From contig OZ024746.1 in NCBI GenBank assembly GCA_964016885.1, positions 29,388,001-29,452,000 of the forward strand: a stretch of DNA of 64,000 nt, in the 5' to 3' direction. Below are positions 38,770 to 53,240 of this stretch, piece after piece. The notes under the pieces were generated by a model that was given only the letters and a program-made list of their open reading frames with translations, did no database searches and was not told the DNA's origin. The position numbers were made by a program, and so were the translations under genes. Each line of letters starts with the position of its first letter. Position 1 is the stretch's first letter. The stretch is from Eledone cirrhosa (Eukaryota).

Positions 38770-40413
38770 TATACATGAGTTGCAACGTCTCTGGTGTCAA
38801 GCTCTCTCAGCATTTGCCTTTCCTTGCACAACATCAGTGGCGTGGAAAGGGGAGACTGTTATAAATGGGCAATTGCTGGTCTTCCACGAAACCACCGTGT
38901 CCAGACATGTGCCCCAGAAGGGGAACTTTCTAGGGTAAATCCCATGGCCATTCGTGACGGAACGGAGTCTATACTCTTTACACTTTACACATATGCAAAC
39001 ACACACACATACACACACACATTATATATATTTATATATGTGTGTGTGTAGTCTATCCCGTGCCCTTACCTTCTTTACGATTGCTTTAATATTTCAATTG
39101 ATATATTTTTATAATCACAGCCAATATTTACATATATGAAGTAAATAGGATTTAAAGAAAATCATGATTTTATTGACACAATATGTGAACATTCAGGCCA
39201 TTTTGGATTACAGGCATAGTCAATTTTGTATTATAGTATTCCACACAGATGCGTACATTTGATGAAATCTCACAGAGATTCAATGCAATAGAATGTAACA
39301 AGGATTGCTCTTTCAATTACAGGTACAGTCCATCATCTATTATAATCAAAATGGTTGAATATTCCACGGACACGGTTAATCAGCACAACACAATTCGCTG
39401 CACCATTGAACTACAGGTATAATCCAACTCCATCCGACAGGTTTCTACACAGTTTCCGTTTACCTATCAAAATACACATAGGTCATTTATCAATGACCTT
39501 ACATAATTAGTTATTTCTACCTTTATTATGCTTTCTTTTAACCCGTAACTCATGGCGTCGTCGGGACACCGTAATGACATACGACGTTTCTTGGGCATTT
39601 TGAAAATCCTGGTGGCGCCCATCTCATCTCCACGTCTTAACAGAGCAGATTTCTTAGAGAGAATGAAAGACGAAGATAGAGAGGAAGTTAGAAAGGATTA
39701 TAGAAGGAACAAATCGACCGCGGTACTTGACTGGTACTCTATCGATATCGAAAGGATGAAAAGTACCGTTGACCTTAGCGGGATTTGAACTCAGAACACA
39801 GAGAGCCAGAACCAATACCATAAAATAATCTATCCGACGTTCTAACGACACCGCGACCTTTATTATACGTTGACTTAATTAAACATCCATGATCTCCATT
39901 ATAATGTTTATCGATGTTAAGGGTAACTGCTGTTGTTAGTTAGTAGGCGTATCTTAGTTACCAAATCATTACGAAATTGTACAACAAAAACCCCAACAAT
40001 AGCTCTACACATTAAGCAATTAAACAGGATCATATAATAATATTTAATTGGTGTTTTATTCCCATTCAGCCAGAATTTATATCCCCAATGAAAAGGAAAT
40101 AGTGTTTATCACGTAAACTTCTAATGATAGCTCTGTCACAAACTAATAAATGGAATCAACATAAAACTTGGCAGCCATTACTGCCATTATCATCAATAGT
40201 GTATTAATGTAACTTATAGAGACAAACACGAAGTCATACATGCACATATGCATACATCTCTATGTAATTTGCATTTTACACACGCACACACACACACATA
40301 TATATATGTGTGTGTATATATATATACAAACATATATATATATATATATATATTTATTTATTTATTTATTTTTTTATAAAATGCATATGTGCATGTATGA
40401 CTTCATGTTTGTC

Positions 40414-40685
40414 TCTTCATACTGCTTCTTTGTCTCTCTTTAGTTTTTGTATCTTTAATATAAAGGAGCATTAGATACCATTCTCAGCCTGTCTTGGCAT
40501 ACCAGCGTGTGTGTATTAAATCAATTTAAGCGTCAAGTAGGGCTGGTAAACTTTGACAAAATGGGAAAGGTATTTATTACCCCTTATACATAGCTGGTAT
40601 GCCAAGAGAGGCTGAGATTCGTGTCTAATGCTCCTTTATATTAAAGATACAAAAACTAAAGAGAGACAAAGAAGCAGCATGAAGA
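40414..40685. repeat. Inverted repeat, about 93-bp arms with 86-nt spacer
   Basis: 40414-40506 versus 40593-40685. Confidence 0.9.
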
Positions 40686-41166
40686 AAAAGGTGTAAAACA
40701 AGTACAGCTATAAAGCAATTAAATGTTTCGTAGCCTCCAAATATTCTGCTTTCGGTATAAAATAAGTAACATCTTCTTTGGTGATGACTGATCATTAGTT
40801 TACACCTAGAAAGGTCATCTCAAAGGCGCATGACTGGACAAAGAAATGTTTTGCGGAAGACAGGCAGTCAATCGTACGTACAAATAGCTAAGATTTCCAC
40901 AGACACGCACATGCTCGGGGCGATGTAGTGTCACGCAGTGTGTAACAAACATTTCCCTTTGAATTACTGGTACTCCTTCATTTTTACGTATAGCAACTGA
41001 GTGGACGGGAGCCTCGTGAAAAAACATCTTGCTCAAGGACAAGAATAGATGTGACCAACTTATGATTGAGTCAAACACCATAATCAGTAAAACTTCATCA
41101 AATATATAGTATATTTCAATTTCAGCATTGCACTTCTAATACAGAGAGAGAGAGAGGGAGAGAGAG

Positions 41167-41273
<107 letters not shown>

Positions 41274-41989
41274 GATGTGTGTATGTTTGTCTGTGTGTCT
41301 GTATGTATTTATATATTTACATTACAAAAGATATGGCTAGTAGTGAAATCGTCTTGTCTTTTATTCACTAAAGTAAGTTCGATTAAATATAAATCTATAT
41401 TTTTTATTCTTTTCCTTCTCCTCTTGTATTGCAAAGATAGAGAAACGGTTTATATTGAGCGGAAACTTCTAGATTATATTCTAGAAAACCAGTGTAATTT
41501 CTTTATAGGAATTTCCGGTTTTCCCTGAATAAGTTGTATACTAGCGAGATAAGAATATGTTAGGCAGAAAAAAGCAGCCATATTGAATAAGAAATAAAAA
41601 AGAGCTATAACTTATATAATAGTGTATCGATATTTTCTTTGAATTCTGTAAATCTATAAATACCAAAGTATAAGGTGTGAGGATTCTTGTAAATATTCTG
41701 TGTGTACACTTCTCTCTCTCCACCCTTCTCTCCCTCTCTCTCACTCACTCTATATATATACACACACGCATACACACATATACACACATATACACACATA
41801 TATATATGTGTGTGTGTATGTGTGCTTAATATATACATATTGGCTTAATATTTTTATGAACATAGATAAATGTCACACACACAAACACATATATATACAT
41901 ATAAATATTCATATATATGAAATCGTATGTATGTATGTATGTATGTATGTATGTATGTATGTATGTATGTATGTATGTATGTATGTATG

Positions 41990-42047
<58 letters not shown>

Positions 42048-42294
42048 TATGTATATATATATATACATACTTTTAGACTTCCATATCTCTCTCACCCTCT
42101 ATCACTCTCCTATCACTCTCTCTCCCTTTATATATATATATATATAAAAAAAAACAGGGGAATCTCGATTCACGAACGCCACACGTCACGAACAACCATC
42201 AGCATAAAGCAAACAGAGGTTGATCCACCAGCCATGGTTTAAACCCAAACAAATACACGGTGTCAAATAGAAACCGCCAGTTTACTAGTTCCCA

Positions 42295-42900
42295 GATACC
42301 CTTATAAAGTTTGATGGGAAGAATCTCAAGTATGTGAAATCCTTCACATATCTTGGCAGTAAGGTGAACTCAAATGCATCTCTCTATGATGGGATAATTA
42401 ATCATATAGAGAAAGTCACGAGTGCATTTGGCAAGCTCTGTCATCGCCTTTGGAATGAGAGTGACATAAGACTGTACACAAAAATACAGGATTATAAAGC
42501 TGTTGTACTTCCCATACTCTTATATGAATCAAAATCGTGGACTCCATACAGGCCACACATCAACCAACTTTTTCATAAAGGTTGTTTTCGTTCAATCTGT
42601 GGGTTCACACCCGATAAAAAATATCTAATGCTGACCTCTCCACTAAGAGCAAGATTGGAGGCATTGAAACCTTTCTTATGAAATCCCAACTACACTGGTT
42701 TGGTCATGATATCAGAATGAGTGACAAAAGAATGCCAAAAGTGCTCATGTACAGCCCACTTGATGGTGGATATAGAAATGTTGGTCAGCCATGGCTCAGC
42801 TACAAATACGATCTTTCAGTAACCAATATATGTTATAAGACATTTGAGCAAATGACCTTGGAGTAGAGATCTCTGTGTTATAATTGATGAGAGGACTAGA
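42295..42900 (+). mobile_element. RTE-clade LINE fragment (post-RT region), frameshifted
   Basis: VKSFTYLGS...AFGKL...YKAVVLPILLYESKSWT...QLHWFGHDIRMSDKRMPK. Confidence 0.9.
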
Positions 42901-43676
42901 GGATTGTAAAATAAAGTTGCTTGCTTAATGGCACAACGATCATAAACCGAACACTCTAAGCACTTAGCCACGTATTTAGTGTGTACACGGTAGATCAATT
43001 CCTGATTTGCATGATTGTAAGCCTTAATTTAATTTAGCAGAAAGTCGTAATTCTCTTTGATGATTGTTTAAATGCTAAACATGGCGAGTCTGTTGGTGAA
43101 GAACGATTTATTATTAGCATAGTGTCTTCCATAGATTTCAGGTTTGTTAAATCTTGCACAACATAAAATAGTGTGGGCAAAATGCCATTCGTGTTATGTT
43201 GGCGACATTGGAGTTTCTGTAATTGTGAACATCTCTACAAATATTGCAATCTTATTAGACACATTATCAATAATATCATCATCATCATCATCATCCTTAT
43301 TATTATTAATATTAATATTGTTATGATTATTGATATTAGGGCGGTGGATTGGCAGTATCGGTAGAGGGAGCAAGAGAGAATGAGTTCAAATTACGCTGAG
43401 GTCTAATTTGTTTTTAATCTTTTCAGGGTTGATGAAGAATTACATTTATGACAAACATTGTTTATCTTTCAATCACAAATAATTAATGTATTCCATTTGG
43501 GTAGTATCGGTCATTTGTTTAACTTTTTCGATTAATTGTGTTGTCATATTACGTAATATTATATTCTGCATATATTATATCGGTATACACCTCCTCCAAT
43601 TCCCCCAAGCGTGAACCTAATATAACTTTGCACAGTTGTCTCTTGTGTTTTATTCTTTCATTTACAACTCTCTCTC

Positions 43677-43750
<74 letters not shown>

Positions 43751-43803
43751 AATCGTTCTATGGACTGAGTGCTCATACCCTTGGATATTTCTACCAAACT
43801 TAT

Positions 43804-43859
<56 letters not shown>

Positions 43860-44081
43860 TGAAAACAAAGCGAAGTTTCACATTAAGGTCTTTATTGATT
43901 ATACATAGTTACGACCGTTTTACAGATGAGTCACTTAGGATCGATATTAATGCTATAGATCCTAACTCCAGCCCGATCTGCTCTTCAGGCATGTTAATCA
44001 AGCAAAGCCAAATACTCTGCCTTAGCATAGAGTGGTGGTTATGGTACCCGCCTCAGTAAACCACGAATCTACTGCATCACC

Positions 44082-44135
<54 letters not shown>

Positions 44136-44259
44136 TAATAAATATTTGCTCTACGGTTCTTATATATTTGATATATATTTATCCTTATCGAGCCCTCTTT
44201 GGATTTTAGTTTTGAAATTTATTATTATTACTATATATATATATATATATATATGAAAA

Positions 44260-44435
44260 TAGTCAGAACCCCGACGGCAGAGCTCAAGCCGTTTCGACAG
44301 AAAGAGCTGTTGAAACGGCTTGAGCTCTGCCGTCGGGGTTCTGACTCTTTTCCTATTACCCACTCTGCTACCCAAAGTATCGAGTACTCTGGTGCGTTAT
44401 GGTCCACATGGTTCCTTAGCACACTTCCTTCGTTA
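44260..44435 (+). mobile_element. Family D fold-back element, turn located inside hammerhead stem II
   Basis: Arms 44260-44300 / 44307-44346 plus tail; GAAAcggc[ttgagctct]gccgTC. Confidence 0.65.
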
Positions 44436-44446
44436 TATATATATAT

Positions 44447-44570
44447 ACGTCCCTTTACGATCTGAGTTCAAATCCCGCCGAGGTTGACTTTGCCTTTCAT
44501 CCTTACGGGGTCGATAAAATAAAGTACCAGTAATGAACTGGGTAATTGCTGGCCTTGTGCCTAAAGTAGA

Positions 44571-44573
<3 letters not shown>
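44447..44573 (+). mobile_element. 5'-truncated SINE
   Basis: Family match. Confidence 0.85.
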
Positions 44574-44623
<50 letters not shown>

Positions 44624-44628
<5 letters not shown>

Positions 44629-45246
44629 AAAGAATAGAGGTGTAACACACAAGTTATTATATATTGGTAAACGGAATAGAAAATGCTGACAAATTGTTCA
44701 CAGTTGAAAAATGGTTTAATTAGGAATAAAAGAGTATTAGTGATTGTATGGGTTAGTATTCAGTTGTGGTTTTAAGTTTTTAAGTTTTTACCGGTTGCGC
44801 ATTTCTAAATGCTTTTCAAAAATAATTTTGAGATAGAGTGTCCGTGCTGTTTGCTCTGATCTGATTAGTTTTGGGAATTCTACCTGTTTTTATGTTAAAA
44901 AAGTGGCTCCAGCGTTATTTTTATGTTGCAAAAATGCTTGTGGTCAAAACAATTTTGATTGGTCGGTAGAGGTCAAGCATTTTTGCAACACAAAAATAAC
45001 GCTGGAGCCACTTTTTTAACATAAAAACAGGTAGAATTCCCAAAACTAATCAGATCAGAGCAAACAGCACGGACACTCTATCTCAAAATTATTTTTGAAA
45101 AGCATTTAGAAATGCGCAACCGGTAAAAACTTAAAAACTTAAAACCACAACTGAATACTAACCCATACAATCACTAATACTCTTTTATTCCTAATTAAAC
45201 CATTTTTCAACTGTGAACAATTTGTCAGCATTTTCTATTCCGTTTA

Positions 45247-45255
<9 letters not shown>
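44624..45255 (-). mobile_element. Fold-back element with about 280-bp near-perfect arms
   Basis: Arms 44659-44940 / 44974-45255 with a 33-nt spacer; hammerhead-like motif 45092-45128; (TA)n flanks. Confidence 0.8.
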
Positions 45256-45316
<61 letters not shown>

Positions 45317-46189
45317 TATATATACCATAATTCTTCAAATGCCATTATATTGATCTATATTGCTTGGTGTTTGCTTATAATAAAGCCGGGTTTTTTCATT
45401 GAGTCAGCTATTTCATACCGTTATGCTTGGAATGGACCTCCGTCGAGTTCGACGACGAATGTTCCAGTTGGTCGAATAACAGAACAGTCTGCTCAAGAAA
45501 TTCACGGATAATTGATTGTGAGTATCAGTGAGGTGTGCCATTAAAGTAATTCTTGTGACAACGTTGACCTTTTGACTTACGGATACAGTCTATATCACGG
45601 TCTTCCAAACAGTTCCTGTCTACACAAATTCACTTCCAATTCTTGGCTCGACACTATGACCTGGTAAATATTTCTTGCTCAAGATGTCCCGCAGTGGGAT
45701 CGAAACTTATTCTTAATGATCGCGAAACGAACTTCTTAAGAATTTGGCCATGCATAATCCATTGGCAGCATTATAACTTATGCCCTGAACATGCATTATT
45801 AAAGACACGACCGTGACATGTATTCATAATTTCTGATCTATCCACTGAAATAAGTTGCGTATTTCATATTTTATTACGTTATATAAAACTGTGTAAATCA
45901 CTGGAAGGAACATGTTCGTGTATTACTTACATACAGGCACACAAATACATACATAGATAGATGCACAAACACATACATACATAGATGCACACAAATACAT
46001 ACATACATAGATGCACAAACACACACACACGCGCACACACACACCCACTCAGATATATATATATATATATATAGATACACACATCTGAAAAAGTACTCAA
46101 TACCAAGGTAGAGAATATATATTTATTATATTACTGAAATTACTCTTTGTTTATATATATATATATATAAGGACCACCAGAGAGAGAGA

Positions 46190-46261
<72 letters not shown>

Positions 46262-47101
46262 GAGAGAGAGAAATACCGAATGTATTTATAATTTTGTACA
46301 AACACGCTCACAGCATGCAAACATATCTAATCATACGCACACACATATATGTTGGCATATATTCATATATATATGTCTGTGTCTGTATGTGTCTGTTTAT
46401 GTGTGTGCGTTTATGTATATATGCAAGTATATATGAATAAATATACACATGCTCACCCATATAGATGTCTCTGTGTGTGTCTGTGTGTGTCTGTGTGTGT
46501 AAAAGAGGGGACCTTGCGGGTAATATGAGAAGACAAGAATATATAATAGGTTAGTAAATGAACAAAATACACGGAAAAAATATATTATTTTGTAAAAAGT
46601 GAAAGACCGAAAAATATGGAAGGCAAAATGAGAAATAAATAAAAGTAAAACGAGGAATAAATAAATAGAAATTAGGAAATAGAATTCAGCGAAAAGAAAT
46701 AAATGATTAAAGGAAGAATATTCTGGAAACTAGAAAGAAAATACAATAGGAAAAGTCGGAAACAAATCTAAGAATTTCTATGGAACGGAAAAGAAAAAAA
46801 TAGATATACGTAATGACAAAAATAGTTGAGAATGCATCCAGGAGAGGATGAAGATGACAAAAAAAAAAAAAAATGAAAACATTAATGGCAAACGAAAAAT
46901 AGAGAAGAAAGGAAATATTGAAAGAAATTTTTGGGGGAAAGAGAAGATAATTGAAAACAAAAAACAAAAACAACATATAATTAAAGAAACAAATAATGAA
47001 CGAAGGAACGTTAGAAAGAAAGAATTTTGTAGGAAAGAAAGAGATAAGGATATATATATGTATATATATATAATACATATATATATACATATATATATAT
47101 G

Positions 47102-47183
<82 letters not shown>

Positions 47184-47192
47184 CATATATAC

Positions 47193-47223
<31 letters not shown>

Positions 47224-47630
47224 CATACATGTGTATATATATATATGTATATATATATGTATGTTTGTATACATATATATACATATATATATATATACAT
47301 ACATATTTATACATATTTACAAATATATATACATACATGTATATATATATATATACACACATGTATGTATATATATACATGTATATATATACATGTATAT
47401 ATATGTATATACATATATATATGTACACATATATACATATATATATATATATACATATATACACACACACATATATATATATAATATTAAGTATACTATT
47501 TATGGTTATGTATATATTAGTTATGTATATTTTAAACCCTAAACAGTGAAGGTCAGTAATTTATTACTACCTTATTACCAGTAAGATAAATAGCTCAATG
47601 CAATAACATCAGTTGTTCTACAGAGCAGTT

Positions 47631-48268
47631 ATATAGAATTCACAAGAATCAAAGCTATGTTCAAAGCATTTATTCACTTACAATTGTTTCATCCAAACCT
47701 AGGCTTGAAATCTTCGGAGCATTTTGCAATGTTTGTACACATAATTTACCTCCTTTCCAACGCAAGAGACATACAGATACATATATATATATATATATAT
47801 TGATGTACAGTGGAGTGACATATATTATACTATACTATATTTGTACAGCAATTCAAATTCAAAATCAAAATCAAAATCAAAATCAAAATTAAAATACATT
47901 CGGCAGATACCACAAATAATGCAAGAGGATAGTTTGATAGTCTACACCTACTAGATCTGACTATCAAACTATCCTCTTGCATTATTTGAGGTATCTGCCG
48001 AATGTATTTTAATTTTGATTTTTATTTTAATTTTAATTTTTATTTTGATTTTGAATTTGAATTGGTGTACAAAAATAGTCTAGTATAATATATGCCACTC
48101 CACTGTACATCAATATATATATATGTATCTGTATGTCTCTTGTGTTGGAAAGGAGGTAAATTATGTGTACAAACATTGAAAAATGCTCCGAAGAAACCAC
48201 CTAGGTTTGGAACAATTGTAAGTGAATAAATGCTTTGAATATAGCTTTGATTCTTGTGAATTCTATAT
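47631..48268 (-). mobile_element. Fold-back element with about 310-bp arms
   Basis: Arms 47631-47942 / 47959-48268; hammerhead-like motif 47676-47720 (-). Confidence 0.8.
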
Positions 48269-48315
48269 GTATATATATATATATATATGCATATATATAT
48301 ATATATATATCATAC

Positions 48316-48362
<47 letters not shown>

Positions 48363-48365
48363 TAC

Positions 48366-48483
<118 letters not shown>

Positions 48484-48497
48484 TATATATATATATG

Positions 48498-49185
<688 letters not shown>

Positions 49186-49489
49186 AGAGAGCAGCAAAAA
49201 TAAAGGAAAAGTATGTCGTTATTCGCACACATCAATCCCATCACTTCTAGCTGTGGTTTATCTATTTTAGTTATCAAAATTTCATTTCTCATCCTATCCA
49301 TACACCCGCTTCATCTATCTCATTATGTAACTCCATCTTCTAATAAAACGAAAACAGTAGTAGCAGTAGTAATAGTAGTTGTAGTAGTGTATATATATAT
49401 ATATATATATATATTAGAATTGGTACTCTGAAATAGCGATATATATATGAATGTATATATAGTGTATTTTGCAATACACTATATACACA

Positions 49490-49576
<87 letters not shown>

Positions 49577-49591
49577 GGGGTCTTACTGGTT

Positions 49592-49717
<126 letters not shown>

Positions 49718-50126
49718 GGTACTCGAAGGATAGATTTCATAATTTCTTTCATTACGCAAAAGAGTGGTAGTAGTTCACCTGTGTACACCACTGCCACTAT
49801 AGTCAACTTAGACACATAGACCAGCATACCCCTATATACAGTTAATATAGCTGGTTGTTAAAAACAACCAAAGTATGCTGACCTGTTTCAAGGACAACTG
49901 ACCTAAGAAACTCAATAGATTTGCCACCAGAGTGTTAAGATACTATCTGACCAATGAGAAGAAGGTATATCCTTCGGATGTTTGAATTCGTTCATTCTAA
50001 TTCATATGCCACCAGTTCTTTGACAAAAAAAATACCACATTTTCAGATCTGGACATATATCAACGAATTAACAAAGTAAACTTTGTTCCACCATTATGTT
50101 TTCCAGCCTTTTCTGTTCTAGTTCTA

Positions 50127-50185
50127 GCTGCCTGATGAGGTCATAGCTGTTGAATAATGGTTATCACCGAAATATATATTGCAGC
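50127..50185 (+). ncRNA. Canonical minimal type I hammerhead ribozyme motif
   Basis: gctgc-CTGATGA-ggt.c.atagctgtt[gaat]aatggttat.c.acc-GAAA-tatata-TT^gcagc. Confidence 0.85.
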
Positions 50186-50332
50186 GAATTTGAATAAACG
50201 AAGTTAATTTTAATCTGTTGGTTACACTTTAAATTACTCCAGAGTAAACAGACGAACCTTCGTCGGATGTTCTATCCTGCATACTAAAGTATCGGTAAGC
50301 AACCAACACTTACTCAAATCTCTCCCACTCTC

Positions 50333-50442
<110 letters not shown>

Positions 50443-50568
50443 CATATATGCATATGTATATATGTATATTTATATATATATTATATATATATATACATAT
50501 ATATATATTCTAGACACACACACACGCACACACGCATATATATATGCACACACACACACATATATATA

Positions 50569-50641
<73 letters not shown>

Positions 50642-50687
50642 ATATACATATATGCATATGTATATATGTATATTTATATATATATTA

Positions 50688-50724
<37 letters not shown>

Positions 50725-50811
50725 TATACACACACACACACACAGACACACAGACGCACACACGCATATATATATATATATACACACACACACATATATA
50801 TAAGCATATAC

Positions 50812-50851
<40 letters not shown>

Positions 50852-50883
50852 ATATGTTTGCATGCGTGTGTGTGTGCGTGTGT

Positions 50884-50978
<95 letters not shown>

Positions 50979-51179
50979 CGTTTGTGTGAGTGTGGATTTT
51001 TTTTTCGGACAGTATAGTAAAAGAAGACTGCATTGCTGTGTGTATTTCAGTATTTCAGACTTCAGTAGAGACAGTGGAATAGATAACAGATAAGTGAATC
51101 ACCAGAGGTGATAAGATTGGTTTGACACTTATTGTTACATTTACTGGACACCTATAGCAACGTATATATGGAATATAGT

Positions 51180-51300
51180 GAAGGCGTGTGGCTGAGTGGT
51201 TAGAGAATTGGATTCGCAATCGTAAGGTTGTGAGTTCGATTCCTGGACCAGGCGATGCGTTATGTCCTTGAGCAAGACACTTTATTTCACGTTGCTCCTT
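51180..51300 (+). mobile_element. tRNA-derived SINE, second family
   Basis: A box tggctgagtgg and B box gagttcgattcc; matches 7294-7438. Confidence 0.8.
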
Positions 51301-51639
51301 CTACCTGGAGTTGCGACCGATAGATAGTATTAGCAATTGGAAAGACCAACGGAAACATTGTTCCCTCGGTCCGATATAACGAAAGTCGATCGTTCCTTTA
51401 TATGGAATATTAGAGAGGGAAAGGGAGGCAAATATGAGGAAACATCATCAATATCATTGTTTCATTATCATCACCCTTAGCATCATCATCAGCAGTAGCA
51501 ACAGCAGCATTACCGTCAATATAAACATTATTATCACTGCCACATTGTAATCGTAAATAATATAATTATAGTTATCATGGTATCCAATATCACCATATCA
51601 CCATATCACCATATCAACACCACACTATCGTCGTCTGCA

Positions 51640-53240
51640 CTACCACTCCGCTGTCGCCATCATCACCATATCAACAACACCACACCGCTGCAGTACCACA
51701 CCTCTGTCGCCACCCTCACCACATCTACAACACCACGCCTCTGTCGCCACCAACACCACACCGCTGTCGTCACCCTCACCACATCTACAACACCACACCG
51801 CTGTCGCCACCCTCACCACATCTACAACACCGTACCGCTGTTGCCACCATCACCACATCTACAACACCACACCGCTGACGCCACCCTCACCACATCTACA
51901 ACACCACACCGCTGACGCCACCCTCACCACATCTACAACACCACACCACTGACGCCACCATCACCACACCGCTGTCGCCACCCTCACCACATCTACAACA
52001 CCACACCACTGACGCCACCATCACCACATCTACAACACCACACCGCTGTCGCACCATCACCACACCGCTGACCCCACCATCACCACATCTACAACACCAC
52101 ACCGCTGACGCCACCCTCACCATTCTACAACACCAGACCTCTGACGCCACCCTCACCACATCTACAACACCAGACCTCTGACGCCACCCTCACTACATTT
52201 ACACCACACCGCTGACGCCACCCTCACCACATCTACAACACCACACCGCTGCAGTACCACACTTCTGTCGCCACCATCACCACATCTACAACACCACACC
52301 GCTGTCGTCACCATCACCACATCTACAACACCACACCGCTGTCGCCACCTTCACCACATCTACAACACCACACCACTGACGCCACCCTCACCACATCTAC
52401 AACACCACACCGCTGTCGCCACCCTCACCACATCTACAACACCACGCCGCTGTCGCCACCCTCACCACATCTACAACACCACACCTCTGTCGCCACCCTC
52501 ACCACATCTACAACACCACACCGCTGACGCCACCCTCACCACATCTACAACACCACACTACTGACGCCACCCTCACCACATCTACAACACCACACCGCTG
52601 ACGCCACCCTCACCACATCTACAACACCACACTACTGACGCCACCCTCACCACATCTACAACACCACACCTCTGTCGCCATCATCACCACATTTACAACA
52701 CCACACCGCTGACGCCACCCTCACCACATTTACAACACCACACCTCTGTCGCCACCCTCACCACAACTACAACACCACACCTCTGTCGCCAGCCTCACCA
52801 CATCTACAACACCACACCTCTGTCGCCATCATCACCACATTTACAACACCACACCGCTGACGCCACCCTCACCACATCTACAACACCACACCTCTGTCGC
52901 CACCCTCACCACATCTACAACACCACACCTCTGTCGCCACCCTCACCACATCTACAACACCACACCTCTGTCGCCATCATCACCACATCTACAACACCAC
53001 ACCGCTGACGCCACCCTCACCACATCTACAACACCACACCTCTGTCGCCACCCTCACCACATCTACAACACCACACCTCTGTCGCCACCCTCACCACATC
53101 TACAACACCACACCTCTGTCGCCATCATCACCACATCTACAACACCACACCGCTGTCGTCAACCTCACCACATCTACAACACCACACCGCTGTCGCCACC
53201 CTCACCACATCTACAACACCACACCGCTGTCGCCACCATC
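51640..53240. repeat. 37-bp minisatellite
   Basis: Unit ctgtcgccaccctcaccacatctacaacaccacaccg. Confidence 0.95.
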
